Assembly: GCA_964650545.1 (NCBI GenBank)
Contig: CAZYTZ010000003.1
Span: 1-46,096 of the forward strand
Source of the DNA: Candidatus Micrarchaeota archaeon
Lineage (GTDB): Archaea > Micrarchaeota > Micrarchaeia > Anstonellales > Anstonellaceae
Reading direction: 5' to 3'
DNA: 46,096 bases
This document shows, piece after piece, positions 1 through 8,839 of the stretch. The notes under the pieces are model-generated. The model was not told where the DNA came from. It was given only the letters and a program-made list of their open reading frames with translations, and searched no databases. Position 1 is the first letter of the stretch. Each line of letters begins with the position of its first letter. The position numbers were made by a program, and so were the translations under genes.

Positions 1-741
1 GCATTCTATCCGCGCCCAGTGGTCTACCGCGCAACAGATTTCAAGACAAACGAGTACCGCAACCTCAAGGGCGGCGAGGAGTTTGAGCCGCAGGAGGCAA
101 ACCCAATGATGGGCTATCGCGGCTGCGGAAGGTACATAACCGAGCCGGACGTGTTCTCTTTAGAGCTTCAAGCCATAAAGAAGGTGCGCGAGGAATTCGG
201 CATGAAGAACCTGTGGCTCATGCTTCCATTCGTAAGGAGGATAGGCGAAATACGCGCAATAAAGGAGCTTCTGCATGCGCACGGCATATACCGCACGCTT
301 GACTTCAAGCTCTGGATAATGGTGGAAGTGCCTTCCACTGTCTTCCTGATAGACCAGTTCTGCGACGAGGGGATTGACGGGGTGTCAATCGGCTCAAACG
401 ACCTGACGCAGCTCATACTCGGCATAGACCGCGACAACGCCACGCTTGCGGAAGGGTTTGACGAGCGCAACCACGCAGTGCAGCGCGCAATCGAGCGCGT
501 GGTAAAGGTGTGCAACGAGCGAGGCGTGACCTGCTCGATTTGCGGCCAGGCGCCATCAGTCTACCCGGAATTCGCGGAAAAGCTTGTGGAAATGGGAATC
601 ACCAGCATGTCGGTGAACCCTGATGCTGTTGAGCGCACCAAGCGCAACGTCGCCTCGGCTGAAATGAAGGTGATGCTCCGCAGGCTTGCCAAGCTCTCAA
701 GCGAGCCGATAAAGGAAACCAAGAGCGAGACTGGCGACTGA
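1..741 (+). CDS. ppsA: Phosphoenolpyruvate synthase, C-terminal part (5' end outside window)
   Basis: EANPMMGYRG, MVEVPS, SIGSNDLTQL and SICGQAPS motifs of the PEP-utilising C-terminal domain; frame open from base 1. Confidence 0.92.
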   Translation, partial: AFYPRPVVYRATDFKTNEYRNLKGGEEFEPQEANPMMGYRGCGRYITEPDVFSLELQAIKKVREEFGMKNLWLMLPFVRRIGEIRAIKELLHAHGIYRTLDFKLWIMVEVPSTVFLIDQFCDEGIDGVSIGSNDLTQLILGIDRDNATLAEGFDERNHAVQRAIERVVKVCNERGVTCSICGQAPSVYPEFAEKLVEMGITSMSVNPDAVERTKRNVASAEMKVMLRRLAKLSSEPIKETKSETGD

Positions 742-751
742 GGTGATTTGC

Positions 752-1381
752 ATGAAGACCAACCCCATTTTCGCCGCCGCTTCCCTTTTTATTCTCTTTG
801 CCGCCCTTTTTGGCTGCGCCTCGCAAAGCAAAGGAGCGCAAACCCCGGCGCCAGCAACAGGCGCGCCGCTGGTTGAACTGGAAAACAAAACAGTGATTGG
901 TGATCTCGTGAACAAGAACATTGCTGCAGCAAACGGCGACACAGTGGGCGTGTACTACACAGGCAAGCTCACAAACGGCACGCTTTTCGACACGAACGTA
1001 AAGGAAGAGGCGCAAAAGGCAGGGCTGCCCCTTCGTGACAGCTACCCGCTCCTCACATTCACAGTATCTGCAGGCCAGATGATTCCAGGCTTTGACGCAG
1101 CAGTGGTTGGCATGAAGAAAGGCGAGGAAAAAACAGTGACCATTGCGCCTGCGCAGGCATATGGGGAGAAGCGCGAGGACGCGGTGATCTCAGTGCCTGT
1201 GGCAAACATAGGCAACGCGGAGAGCGTAAAGCCAGGCGCACTCCTTTACGCGCAGAACGGCGCGACAGGCAAGGTGGTTGAGGTCAACGGCACGCACGCA
1301 AAGGTGGATTTCAACCCCGAACTTGCAGGCCAGACGCTGGTGTTCACAATAAAAATGGTGAACATAACAAAGGCAAAGTGA
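752..1381 (+). CDS. FKBP-type (SlyD-like) peptidyl-prolyl isomerase with lipoprotein-type signal peptide
   Basis: YTGKL..G..FDT, GQMIPGFD, AYGE, DFNPELAG motifs; hydrophobic N-terminus ending LFGC; GAGGTGA SD before ATG 752. Confidence 0.88.
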   Translation: MKTNPIFAAASLFILFAALFGCASQSKGAQTPAPATGAPLVELENKTVIGDLVNKNIAAANGDTVGVYYTGKLTNGTLFDTNVKEEAQKAGLPLRDSYPLLTFTVSAGQMIPGFDAAVVGMKKGEEKTVTIAPAQAYGEKREDAVISVPVANIGNAESVKPGALLYAQNGATGKVVEVNGTHAKVDFNPELAGQTLVFTIKMVNITKAK

Positions 1382-1390
1382 GGTGTTTTG

Positions 1391-1936
1391 ATGGAATGGA
1401 TAAAACTTTTTGCAGTTGCATTGGCAGCGTTCCTGCTTGCGGGGTGTGTGGCAAGCCCGCAGCAACAAGCCCCTGCTGCGCCCGAAAGCGGCACAATGCC
1501 GATAGCGCCAGGGAATGACGCAACTCCCCCCGCGCCTCCGGCAGAGCCTGAGGGGCAGCCAGAGCAGCAAAGCCCGCCCGCAGCGCCTGAAATCCCAGCC
1601 GCGCCGCAGGGCAAGCCGGACTTGCAGCTGCAGTCGATGGCGCTTGCCACGCCTGTCACGCTTTACCAGATGATGAACGGGACCATAACCAACTACAACT
1701 CAGGCACTGCCGAAAGCCCTGCGACAAAGACCGCCTACTACATTGACGGCGAGTTTATCGGCACTGTGGACGTGCCGCCAATCGCGCCTGGTGACACAAA
1801 CATAGCGCGCATAACGGTCATCTGCCAAAGCGTCGGCCAGCACACGCTGAGCGGGAAAATCGACTACGAGGGCTTGATTGAGGAGAGCGACGAGCAAAAC
1901 AACGGCGCGGCGCTGAGCTTCACCTGCACCGGATGA
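1391..1936 (+). CDS. Lipoprotein with Pro-rich linker and CARDB-like Ig domain
   Basis: LLAGC lipobox, P/A/E-rich linker, KPDL start and IEESDEQNN end typical of CARDB. Confidence 0.75.
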   Translation: MEWIKLFAVALAAFLLAGCVASPQQQAPAAPESGTMPIAPGNDATPPAPPAEPEGQPEQQSPPAAPEIPAAPQGKPDLQLQSMALATPVTLYQMMNGTITNYNSGTAESPATKTAYYIDGEFIGTVDVPPIAPGDTNIARITVICQSVGQHTLSGKIDYEGLIEESDEQNNGAALSFTCTG

Positions 1937-1946
1937 GGCGAGTCTT

Positions 1947-2870
1947 GTGAGAGTGCTGCTGCAGTTCCCGGAAGGCCTCAAGCAGGAGGCGCTGCAGCAT
2001 GCCGCACGCCTCTCCTCGCAGGGGCACGAAGTGTTCCTTTCAGCATCAGCCTGCTATGGCGCGTGCGACCTGGCTCTTGACGAGGCGCGCCACATAAAGG
2101 CGCAAAAACTCATCCATTATGGGCATGCGGAATTCTCGCGCGTGCGCGCGCAGGGCCTGAAGGTAGAATACATTCCCTACTTTGCAGTGCTTGACTGGAA
2201 GGCAACAGGCGCCATGCTGAAAAAAGCAGCCGCGCTTCTCCACGAATCAGGCGCAAAAAAGCTCGCCCTTGTTTTCCCAGTGCAGCACGTGCGCAACGCA
2301 AGCAGGGTGAAGGAGCATTTGAAGTCAGAAGGCTTTTCGGTATTGATTGGCAAGGGCGGCAGCCACGCTGCGCACGCTGGGCAGGTGCTTGGCTGCGACG
2401 GAAGCGCTGCCTTCTCGGGCAAGGCGCGCAGCGCAGACACCGTAGTCTACTTTGGCGGCGGCAAATTCCACCCCACAGGCATTTCCGCAGGAAAGCCAGT
2501 ATTGTGCGCAGACCCGCACCTTCAGGACGCTTATTGGATAACTGATGAAATCGCAAAGCAGGAAAAGCGCAAGAACGGCGCGCTTTTGGCAGCCTCGCAG
2601 GCGCGCACATTCGGCATCCTCCTCTCAACAAAGAACGGCCAGCTCAACCTTCCCGGCGCAAGGCTTGCAAAAAAGCTTCTGGAAAAGAAAGGCAGGCGCG
2701 CGGAAATACTGGTGGCAAACGAATTCTCCCCGCTCGCGCTTGCAAACTTCCTGAAGTTCGGCGCCTACATAAACACCGCCTGCCCGCGCATTTCCGACGA
2801 CCGCGAGGCATTTGGCAAGCCGGTTGTGAATGTGGCTGACATAAAGCGGCTGCTTGAGATAATGGTGTGA
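1947..2870 (+). CDS. dph2: Diphthamide biosynthesis protein Dph2
   Basis: LQFPEGLK, GACDL, QVLGCD, TACPR (three Fe-S cysteines). Confidence 0.92.
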   Translation: MRVLLQFPEGLKQEALQHAARLSSQGHEVFLSASACYGACDLALDEARHIKAQKLIHYGHAEFSRVRAQGLKVEYIPYFAVLDWKATGAMLKKAAALLHESGAKKLALVFPVQHVRNASRVKEHLKSEGFSVLIGKGGSHAAHAGQVLGCDGSAAFSGKARSADTVVYFGGGKFHPTGISAGKPVLCADPHLQDAYWITDEIAKQEKRKNGALLAASQARTFGILLSTKNGQLNLPGARLAKKLLEKKGRRAEILVANEFSPLALANFLKFGAYINTACPRISDDREAFGKPVVNVADIKRLLEIMV

Positions 2871-2923
2871 CTGGGAAGATGAATTTAAATGTTATTACCA
2901 ATAGATTAATGCTGGTGGTTTAA

Positions 2924-3328
2924 ATGATGGTTTTCCAAGTAACATTCATTAACAAGAAGACTGTGCCAACAAAAACTGCAGTGGAAGCCACATCAACATC
3001 ACTGAAGAATGACATTGAGACGCTTTGCAGCTCGAAAAAAGCCGATGGCAGCGCATACAATAAAGTCCTACATACGCTTCTTGATGCCCTTAAAAACAGC
3101 AGCCGGGCTGATATGCAAGAGGTGCCCAAGCGGGCAAGGCTGGCTTATTGGACAATTGCCAATTTTGCGAGAACCGAGAAGCCCGACGAATACATAGCAA
3201 ACATAACGACCGGGGGGGCAGTCAGCGACAACAGGATTCGCTTCCGGGTGAACGGCGACAATACTTTCACTGCGCTTGCTTTGACTGAGATGGACTTTCA
3301 GGGAGGCGCAGTCAACAGGAAAAAGTAG
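2924..3328 (+). CDS. Hypothetical orphan protein
   Basis: 134-aa ORF filling the gap, AT-rich upstream region with GGTGG; no family recognised. Confidence 0.6.
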   Translation: MMVFQVTFINKKTVPTKTAVEATSTSLKNDIETLCSSKKADGSAYNKVLHTLLDALKNSSRADMQEVPKRARLAYWTIANFARTEKPDEYIANITTGGAVSDNRIRFRVNGDNTFTALALTEMDFQGGAVNRKK

Positions 3329-3384
3329 CTATCCGCTATTCTTTTATTCCTTCCTCGGCACAGAATGCGCGGGAGGTCATTTTC

Positions 3385-4407
3385 ATGGCTATCATCATAG
3401 GCTTGACAGGCGAGAACTGCGCGGGAAAGGGCACGGTTGCCGACTACCTGGTGCAAAAGGGATTCTACTACTACTCACTGTCTGACGCCATACGCGAGGA
3501 ATTGGCAAACGAGGGCAAGGAAATCACGCGCGAGGCGCTTATTGCAAAGGGCAACGAGCTTCGCCGCAACTTCGGCGCTGATGTGCTTGCAAAAAGGACG
3601 ATTGCCAAGCTGCTGCCTGACAGGAACTATGTCATTGACTCCATCCGCAACCCTGCTGAAGCAAAGGCGCTTTTGGCAACCGGCAAGACCACGCTTGTCT
3701 ACATCACAGCGTCGCAAAAGATGCGCTTTGAGCGCATGAAGCAGCGCAGGCGCGAGGGCGACCCGAAGAGCTTCGAGGCATTCCAGATAATCGACAAGGT
3801 GGAAATGGCAAGCAAGGACGAGTTCGGCCAGTCGCTTTCCGAAGTGTTCGTGCTTTCCACGAAAAAGGTGGAAAACGAAACAAGCTTCAAGGAGCTTTAT
3901 GCAGCGGCCGACGAGCTTCTCTCAGGAATTTCAGCAGACTTCAAGTCAAAGCGGCCTGGCTGGGACGAGTACTTCATGTCAATCGCGCGCGTGGTTGCAA
4001 CCAGGAGCAACTGCCTCAAGCGCCATGTGGCTGCAGTGATTGTGAAGGACAAGAGGATAATCTCAACGGGCTACAACGGTACGCCGCGCGGCATCAAGAA
4101 CTGCGACGAGGGCGGCTGCCCGCGCTGCAACTCCTTTGCTGACAGCGGCACCAAGCTTGACGAGTGCGTGTGCTCGCACGGCGAGGAGAACGCAATCGTG
4201 CAGGCATCCTACCACGGCATTAGCATTAAGGACGCAACAATCTACACCACGTTCTCACCCTGCCTGTTCTGCACCAAGCTCATCATAAACTCAGGCATGC
4301 GCGAGGTAGTATACAACGCCGACTACCCAATGGGGGAAGTGCCGTTCTCGCTTCTGCGCGAGGCAGGGATAATCGTAAGGCAGGTCAAGATGAAGAACGA
4401 GAAGTAA
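3385..4407 (+). CDS. P-loop nucleotide kinase-like domain fused to dCMP/dCTP deaminase
   Basis: N-terminal GLTGENCAGKGT and IDSIRNPAE; C-terminal RP.WDEYFM, TGYNGTP, HGEEN and PCLFC zinc-deaminase motifs; GGAGGT SD. Confidence 0.88.
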   Translation: MAIIIGLTGENCAGKGTVADYLVQKGFYYYSLSDAIREELANEGKEITREALIAKGNELRRNFGADVLAKRTIAKLLPDRNYVIDSIRNPAEAKALLATGKTTLVYITASQKMRFERMKQRRREGDPKSFEAFQIIDKVEMASKDEFGQSLSEVFVLSTKKVENETSFKELYAAADELLSGISADFKSKRPGWDEYFMSIARVVATRSNCLKRHVAAVIVKDKRIISTGYNGTPRGIKNCDEGGCPRCNSFADSGTKLDECVCSHGEENAIVQASYHGISIKDATIYTTFSPCLFCTKLIINSGMREVVYNADYPMGEVPFSLLREAGIIVRQVKMKNEK

Positions 4408-4410
4408 ATA

Positions 4411-5067
4411 TTAAAGCGTCTTAACCAGAAAATTGAGCACGTCCAAAAGCACGGTGGCGAAAAGCAGCCCGCCGGTTGCTACCAGCACAATGGTCGGCAC
4501 GAGCCAGGTGGCAACCGACTTTGGCTTCCCGAACCTGTAAAGCGCGCTGATGGAAAGCGTGAGCAGGTAAAAGCCATAAAGCATAACCGAGATTGCGACC
4601 GTATCGCCTGCAAGCTGCAGTATGCCTGTTACTGCAAGCGGGAATGACATTTCCGCCATAATCGACTTTAGCAGCATGACTGCAATGTTGATTACAATTG
4701 TAAAGACAAAAGTGGGCGCGGCTGCAAGGCTCACCATGTAATACAGCCTGCCAAGCGTTGCCTTGCCTCCAAGCATCCTTGCCACAACGTATGCCATGAG
4801 CGTGAACGGGAACGAGAATATGAATATGCCAATCGCGGTGGCAGCCAGGCTGAAAAGCACGGCAGCAAGGTAGATGGGCTCAAAGTTGCCTGATAGTGCA
4901 AGCACAAGAAGGGCAAGCGGCACGTAAGCCATCAAAATCGGCGTGCCGAAATTCTCAAGCCCGTCTGTGAAGCCAAGCTCCTTTCTCTTCGCATGCTCTG
5001 ATGAGGTTTTGCCTGGCGCAAGCATCATATTATTCCACGAAGTAGTGCGCTCCTTGAATTTGAGCAT
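4411..5067 (-). CDS. Yip1-like multi-pass membrane protein
   Basis: About five hydrophobic segments and A..LGGKA pattern of prokaryotic Yip1 domains. Confidence 0.65.
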   Translation of the reverse strand: MLKFKERTTSWNNMMLAPGKTSSEHAKRKELGFTDGLENFGTPILMAYVPLALLVLALSGNFEPIYLAAVLFSLAATAIGIFIFSFPFTLMAYVVARMLGGKATLGRLYYMVSLAAAPTFVFTIVINIAVMLLKSIMAEMSFPLAVTGILQLAGDTVAISVMLYGFYLLTLSISALYRFGKPKSVATWLVPTIVLVATGGLLFATVLLDVLNFLVKTL

Positions 5068-5750
5068 TATTTCACGACCGTCCCGCCGTGCTGATGGCCC
5101 TCTGCCGCTTTTCTTACGTCAAGCAGGTTCTTGCCGTGCACGAAGTGCGTCTCTATCCCTGAGCGCGCGATGAGCTTGCACGCAATGAAGTCGAAAACAA
5201 AGTGCGTGCCTGCTTTCCTCATGTCGTTCTTTCCGGCAAGCTCAATGAGCTGCTCGTACTTCATCCTGCGGAACTTCTTTGCATTATGGTTTCTCACCGG
5301 ATTGTCATTGTAAATGCCATCTATGTTGGACAGGTTAAGCACTCTTTTTGCACCAAGGCACTCAGCCAAAAGCACCGCGTCAGAGTCAGTTGTGATGCCT
5401 GGGATGGTGCCGCCCATTACGACGAACTTGTGCCTTGCAGCCTGCTTGCGAGCCTCGTCAAACGTATTGCACACTTTGGCATTCACGTTCTTCTTGATGA
5501 TATCAATCACGAACTGCGCGTTTTTCTTTGTCGCCTTTATCGCGGCCTCGTCGGCCTCAAATTCATTCCCGCCTTTCTTCCTAGCGGCTTCAGCCCACTG
5601 CCTCGCAAGCCTGCCCCCTCCCACTACTATGCCGAACTTGTACTTCATGCCGCGCAGCAGGCGCACCAAGGAAGCAACGTATTGCGCATCAGGCGTGCCT
5701 GGGTTTACCAGCGAGCCGCCAAGGGAGAGAACTACGGTGTCCATGAGCAT
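5067..5750 (-). CDS. pyrH: UMP kinase (archaeal type)
   Basis: VLSLGGS, VVGGG, GGTIPGITTD, NIDGIY motifs. Confidence 0.93.
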   Translation of the reverse strand: MLMDTVVLSLGGSLVNPGTPDAQYVASLVRLLRGMKYKFGIVVGGGRLARQWAEAARKKGGNEFEADEAAIKATKKNAQFVIDIIKKNVNAKVCNTFDEARKQAARHKFVVMGGTIPGITTDSDAVLLAECLGAKRVLNLSNIDGIYNDNPVRNHNAKKFRRMKYEQLIELAGKNDMRKAGTHFVFDFIACKLIARSGIETHFVHGKNLLDVRKAAEGHQHGGTVVK

Positions 5751-5796
5751 ATCTTCTCCTTAGGTATTTTTAAATCCCATTTCCCCCATTCATGGC

Positions 5797-6369
5797 ATGG
5801 CAAAAACAAGGATAAGCGCGGAAATCTCGCTCATTGTCTCCGAGCTGTCGCGCAGGGAAAAAGAGCAGGACAGGATACTTGGCAGCACGCGCGAAATAGT
5901 GCGCCACTGCGCCACTGGCATAAAGATGCTCCATGCCGGCGAAATAAAGCAGGCAAAATCAGAGATTGCAGCCGCGCGCAGGAAAATCGCGCCGTTTGCA
6001 AAGACAAAGCAGTTTGAATACCTGCTCGAGCAGCCATACCAGGAAATCGCCGAGGCAACGCTGCTTTTGGCGGCTGTCGAAAAGCGCGCGCTTCCTGGCT
6101 GGAAGGAGCTTGGCATGCCGTTCGAGCCATACCTGCTTGGGCTTTGCGATTTTGTGGGCGAGCTTAGGCGCGAAATGCTCGAATGCCTCAAGCGCGGCGA
6201 CAAGAAGCAGTCCGCGCGCTACTTTGACCTGATGAGCGGGATTTACGACGAGCTCTCGCCAATACGCTTCTCAAACTCATTGCTTCCGAACTTCAGGAAA
6301 AAGCAGGATGTTGCGCGAATGCAAGTGGAGCAGGCAAGGTCAGAGCTGGTGCGCGCCACCTCGAAGTAA
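5797..6369 (+). CDS. Translin/TRAX-family protein
   Basis: QEIAEA, YLLGLCDFVGELRRE and FRKKQDVAR match archaeal translin-like proteins. Confidence 0.82.
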   Translation: MAKTRISAEISLIVSELSRREKEQDRILGSTREIVRHCATGIKMLHAGEIKQAKSEIAAARRKIAPFAKTKQFEYLLEQPYQEIAEATLLLAAVEKRALPGWKELGMPFEPYLLGLCDFVGELRREMLECLKRGDKKQSARYFDLMSGIYDELSPIRFSNSLLPNFRKKQDVARMQVEQARSELVRATSK

Positions 6370-6417
6370 TCGTTTTTTAAAATGTTGTCATGAGAATGCT
6401 ACTGCAAGGTGCAGCTA

Positions 6418-6495
6418 ATGAAGAACGAAAATTGCATACACGGCTTTTCGCTCCCAGTTAGCATAATCCTCGGCCTTATTCTCATCCTTGGCTGA
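6418..6495 (+). CDS. Possible 25-aa membrane peptide MKNENCIHGFSLPVSIILGLILILG
   Basis: ATG preceded by AAGGTG; hydrophobic C-terminal half; below ORF-track cutoff. Confidence 0.35.
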   Translation: MKNENCIHGFSLPVSIILGLILILG

Positions 6496-6597
6496 TTTTT
6501 GGCATCCGTGGCTTGGCAAGTGCGGGCGCCTCCGGAAAAATTTTGCAAGCGCAAGCGCTATGCAAGCAGAATAAAAAAATCATTTGAGGTGTTAATT

Positions 6598-6849
6598 ATG
6601 TCAACAATGGTTGCAGAAAGAAAAACAGCGGAAAAAAAGCCAGGAGGCATTGCCAAAAGCAATGGCACTTTCTCCTCGAAATGGACGCATCTTCCAATAG
6701 GCATGCCATACTGGAACGAAGGATGGGCTGGGGGCCAGCCGCAGCTCTTCAAACCCAAATCTCCCTTCTTCAGGGTTGGCGAGCCGCCGCCAGTTGCGGC
6801 AAAGGAGGCAAAAAAATACGACCCATCCTCTAACAGGGTGATGTTCTAG
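6598..6849 (+). CDS. Hypothetical small protein
   Basis: GAGGTG SD before ATG 6598; followed by T-rich tract. Confidence 0.6.
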   Translation: MSTMVAERKTAEKKPGGIAKSNGTFSSKWTHLPIGMPYWNEGWAGGQPQLFKPKSPFFRVGEPPPVAAKEAKKYDPSSNRVMF

Positions 6850-6851
6850 CC

Positions 6852-6871
6852 CTTCTTCTTTTTCTTTTTTT
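6852..6871 (+). terminator. Oligo-T terminator-like tract
   Basis: cttcttctttttcttttttt directly after the stop, between convergent genes. Confidence 0.5.
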
Positions 6872-7316
6872 AAACGGCTTCAAACTCCCATTGCTCCTTC
6901 AGGGTTTTGAGTATGACCTGCGTGTTGGTATGCTCAATGTGGGGAAGCGCGAGGAAGGACTTTATGGTGCGCGAGAACGACTCGCGGCTTTTCGCAGCGA
7001 TTATCGCAACGCTGTCATACTCGCCAGTCACGTCGTAAACCGCCACCACTCCGCGCAGGCGGCTGAGCTTCTCCTGCGCCTCAAGCAATTTCCCTTTTGC
7101 TATCTTTATCTGCACCATTCCCATGAATTCATAGCCCAGCTTTCCCAGGTCAACATTTGCGCCGTAGCCTTTCACCACGCCGGTCTTTTCCAGCTTCTGC
7201 ATGCGCGAAATGAGGGTGGTAGGGTGCAGCTTCAGGCGGGAGGCGATTTCACGGTAGGAGCCGCGGCAGTTCTTCAGTAACTCGTGCAATATTTCCTCGT
7301 CTGTTTTGTCAATCAT
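6870..7316 (-). CDS. Lrp/AsnC family transcriptional regulator
   Basis: N-terminal HTH (IDKTDEEIL..SYREIA) and RAM domain (VYDVTGEYD). Confidence 0.93.
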   Translation of the reverse strand: MIDKTDEEILHELLKNCRGSYREIASRLKLHPTTLISRMQKLEKTGVVKGYGANVDLGKLGYEFMGMVQIKIAKGKLLEAQEKLSRLRGVVAVYDVTGEYDSVAIIAAKSRESFSRTIKSFLALPHIEHTNTQVILKTLKEQWEFEAV

Positions 7317-7336
7317 TTGTCCACCCTTTGGCTATT

Positions 7337-7397
7337 TTTGAGCAATTTATCTATACATTTGCTCAAAGCTTTTAAAAAGGCTTTGATTATTCAAAGC
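7337..7397. promoter_or_regulatory. Two inverted repeats in the divergent lrp/glnA promoter region
   Basis: tttgagcaa-N13-ttgctcaaa (7337-7367) and gctttga-N4-tcaaagc (7380-7397); TATA-like tatatataa nearby. Confidence 0.5.
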
Positions 7398-7463
7398 GAA
7401 AAACCACCGTGAGGTATATATATAACCTATTGCCTACTCCCGCCATCAAAAGGGGTAGATCAA

Positions 7464-8816
7464 ATGCTTGGCGAGATTTCAAAGGAAGAGAAAAACAGGA
7501 TAATTGCGGATGCAAAGGAAAAGGGCGTGCGCTTCGTGGACCTGGAGTTCGTGGACATTTTGGGCACGCCGAAAATGTGCGAGGTGACAGTGGAGAGATT
7601 GAACGATGTGCTGGAAGACGGCACGTGGTTTGACGGTTCCTCTGTCGAGGGCTTTTCGCGCATTGCCGAGTCCGACATGTTTTTGGTGCCAGACACTCAG
7701 ACATGGGCAGTGCTTCCCTGGACTGGCAACAAGACCGCGCGCCTGATTTGCAACGTCTACGTGGACGAGAAAACACCATTTGTGGGCGACCCGCGCTCAG
7801 TCCTCAAGCGCCAGCTTGCGCGCGCCAAGGCAATGGGCTTTGACTACAAGGTGGGGCCAGAGCTTGAGTTTTTCCTTTTCAAGGGCGGCAACGGCGACTT
7901 AGACCCTGAAAAGATGCAGGTGCACGACAATGCAGGCTACTTTGACCTCTCAACGCGCGACGCGGCTTTTGACCTGCGCCAGGAAATAGTCCCTGCGCTT
8001 GAGGCAATGGGGTTGAAAATCGAGCGCTCCCACCACGAAGTCGCGCAGGGGCAGCACGAAATCGGCTTTTTCTACGGCGACGCGCTTTCCATTGCCGACT
8101 CGGTGATGACTTACAAAACAACGGTGAAAACCCTTAGCAAAAAATACGGGCTTTACGCATCTTTCATGCCAAAGCCTGTGTTTGGCATAAACGGCTCGGG
8201 AATGCATGTGCACCAGTCGCTGTGGAAGGATGGCGTGAATGCTTTTTACGATGCATCAGACCAATACCAGATCTCATCAATGGCAAAGCACTTCATCGCA
8301 GGCATAATGGAGCACGCCCGCGCGCTTGCCGCCATCACCAACCCCACTGTCAACTCGTACAAGCGCCTCGTGCCTGGCTACGAGGCGCCGGTCTACATCT
8401 GCTGGGGCAGGATAAACCGCTCCGCGCTTATCCGGATACCCCGCGCGCTTGGCGGCAGCGGCAAAGGCGCAAGAATAGAGTGCCGCTTCCCTGACCCATC
8501 GTGCAACCCCTATCTTGCATTTGCGGCAATGCTTGCGGCTGGATTGGACGGGATTGAAAGAAAGCTCGAGGCACCAAAGCCCATCGAGGAGCGCGTGTAT
8601 GGCTTTGAGGAGGACAAGCGCAAGTTATTGGGCATTGGCACTCTTCCCGAATCGCTTGAACAGGCAAGCCACGAGCTATCGCAGGACAAGGTGGTGCGCG
8701 AGTCAATGGGAGAGCACGTCAGCCAGATGCTTCTGCGGGTTCAGAATGACGACTGGAGGGCCTACTGCACGCAGGTCACCAAATGGGAAAAGGAAAGGTA
8801 CTTCGGAGTGCTTTGA
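7464..8816 (+). CDS. glnA: Glutamine synthetase type I
   Basis: FDGSS, GPELEFF, HHEVA.GQHE, FMPKP, NGSGMH, NSYKRLVPGYEAP, NRSALIR, E.R.PDPS.NPYL. Confidence 0.97.
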   Translation: MLGEISKEEKNRIIADAKEKGVRFVDLEFVDILGTPKMCEVTVERLNDVLEDGTWFDGSSVEGFSRIAESDMFLVPDTQTWAVLPWTGNKTARLICNVYVDEKTPFVGDPRSVLKRQLARAKAMGFDYKVGPELEFFLFKGGNGDLDPEKMQVHDNAGYFDLSTRDAAFDLRQEIVPALEAMGLKIERSHHEVAQGQHEIGFFYGDALSIADSVMTYKTTVKTLSKKYGLYASFMPKPVFGINGSGMHVHQSLWKDGVNAFYDASDQYQISSMAKHFIAGIMEHARALAAITNPTVNSYKRLVPGYEAPVYICWGRINRSALIRIPRALGGSGKGARIECRFPDPSCNPYLAFAAMLAAGLDGIERKLEAPKPIEERVYGFEEDKRKLLGIGTLPESLEQASHELSQDKVVRESMGEHVSQMLLRVQNDDWRAYCTQVTKWEKERYFGVL

Positions 8817-8839
8817 AGGCTGTCGCACATGCGTTTCTG

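Noticed and set aside
2871-3384. Region upstream of the kinase-deaminase as an AvcI-like antitoxin sRNA or repeat-flanked cassette
   Set aside because: Occupied by a plausible 134-aa ORF; no flanking direct repeat or convincing RNA structure seen.
6439-6457. acggctt....ctccca resembling the lrp 3' end (WERKAV vs WEFEAV on the minus strand), a possible third displaced gene end
   Set aside because: Only 13 of 17 matches, no extension and no conserved stop; compatible with chance.
6493-6495. In-frame TGA as selenocysteine or alternative genetic code
   Set aside because: TGA terminates many clear genes here (ppsA, glnA, rpl15); no redox motif or recognisable SECIS.
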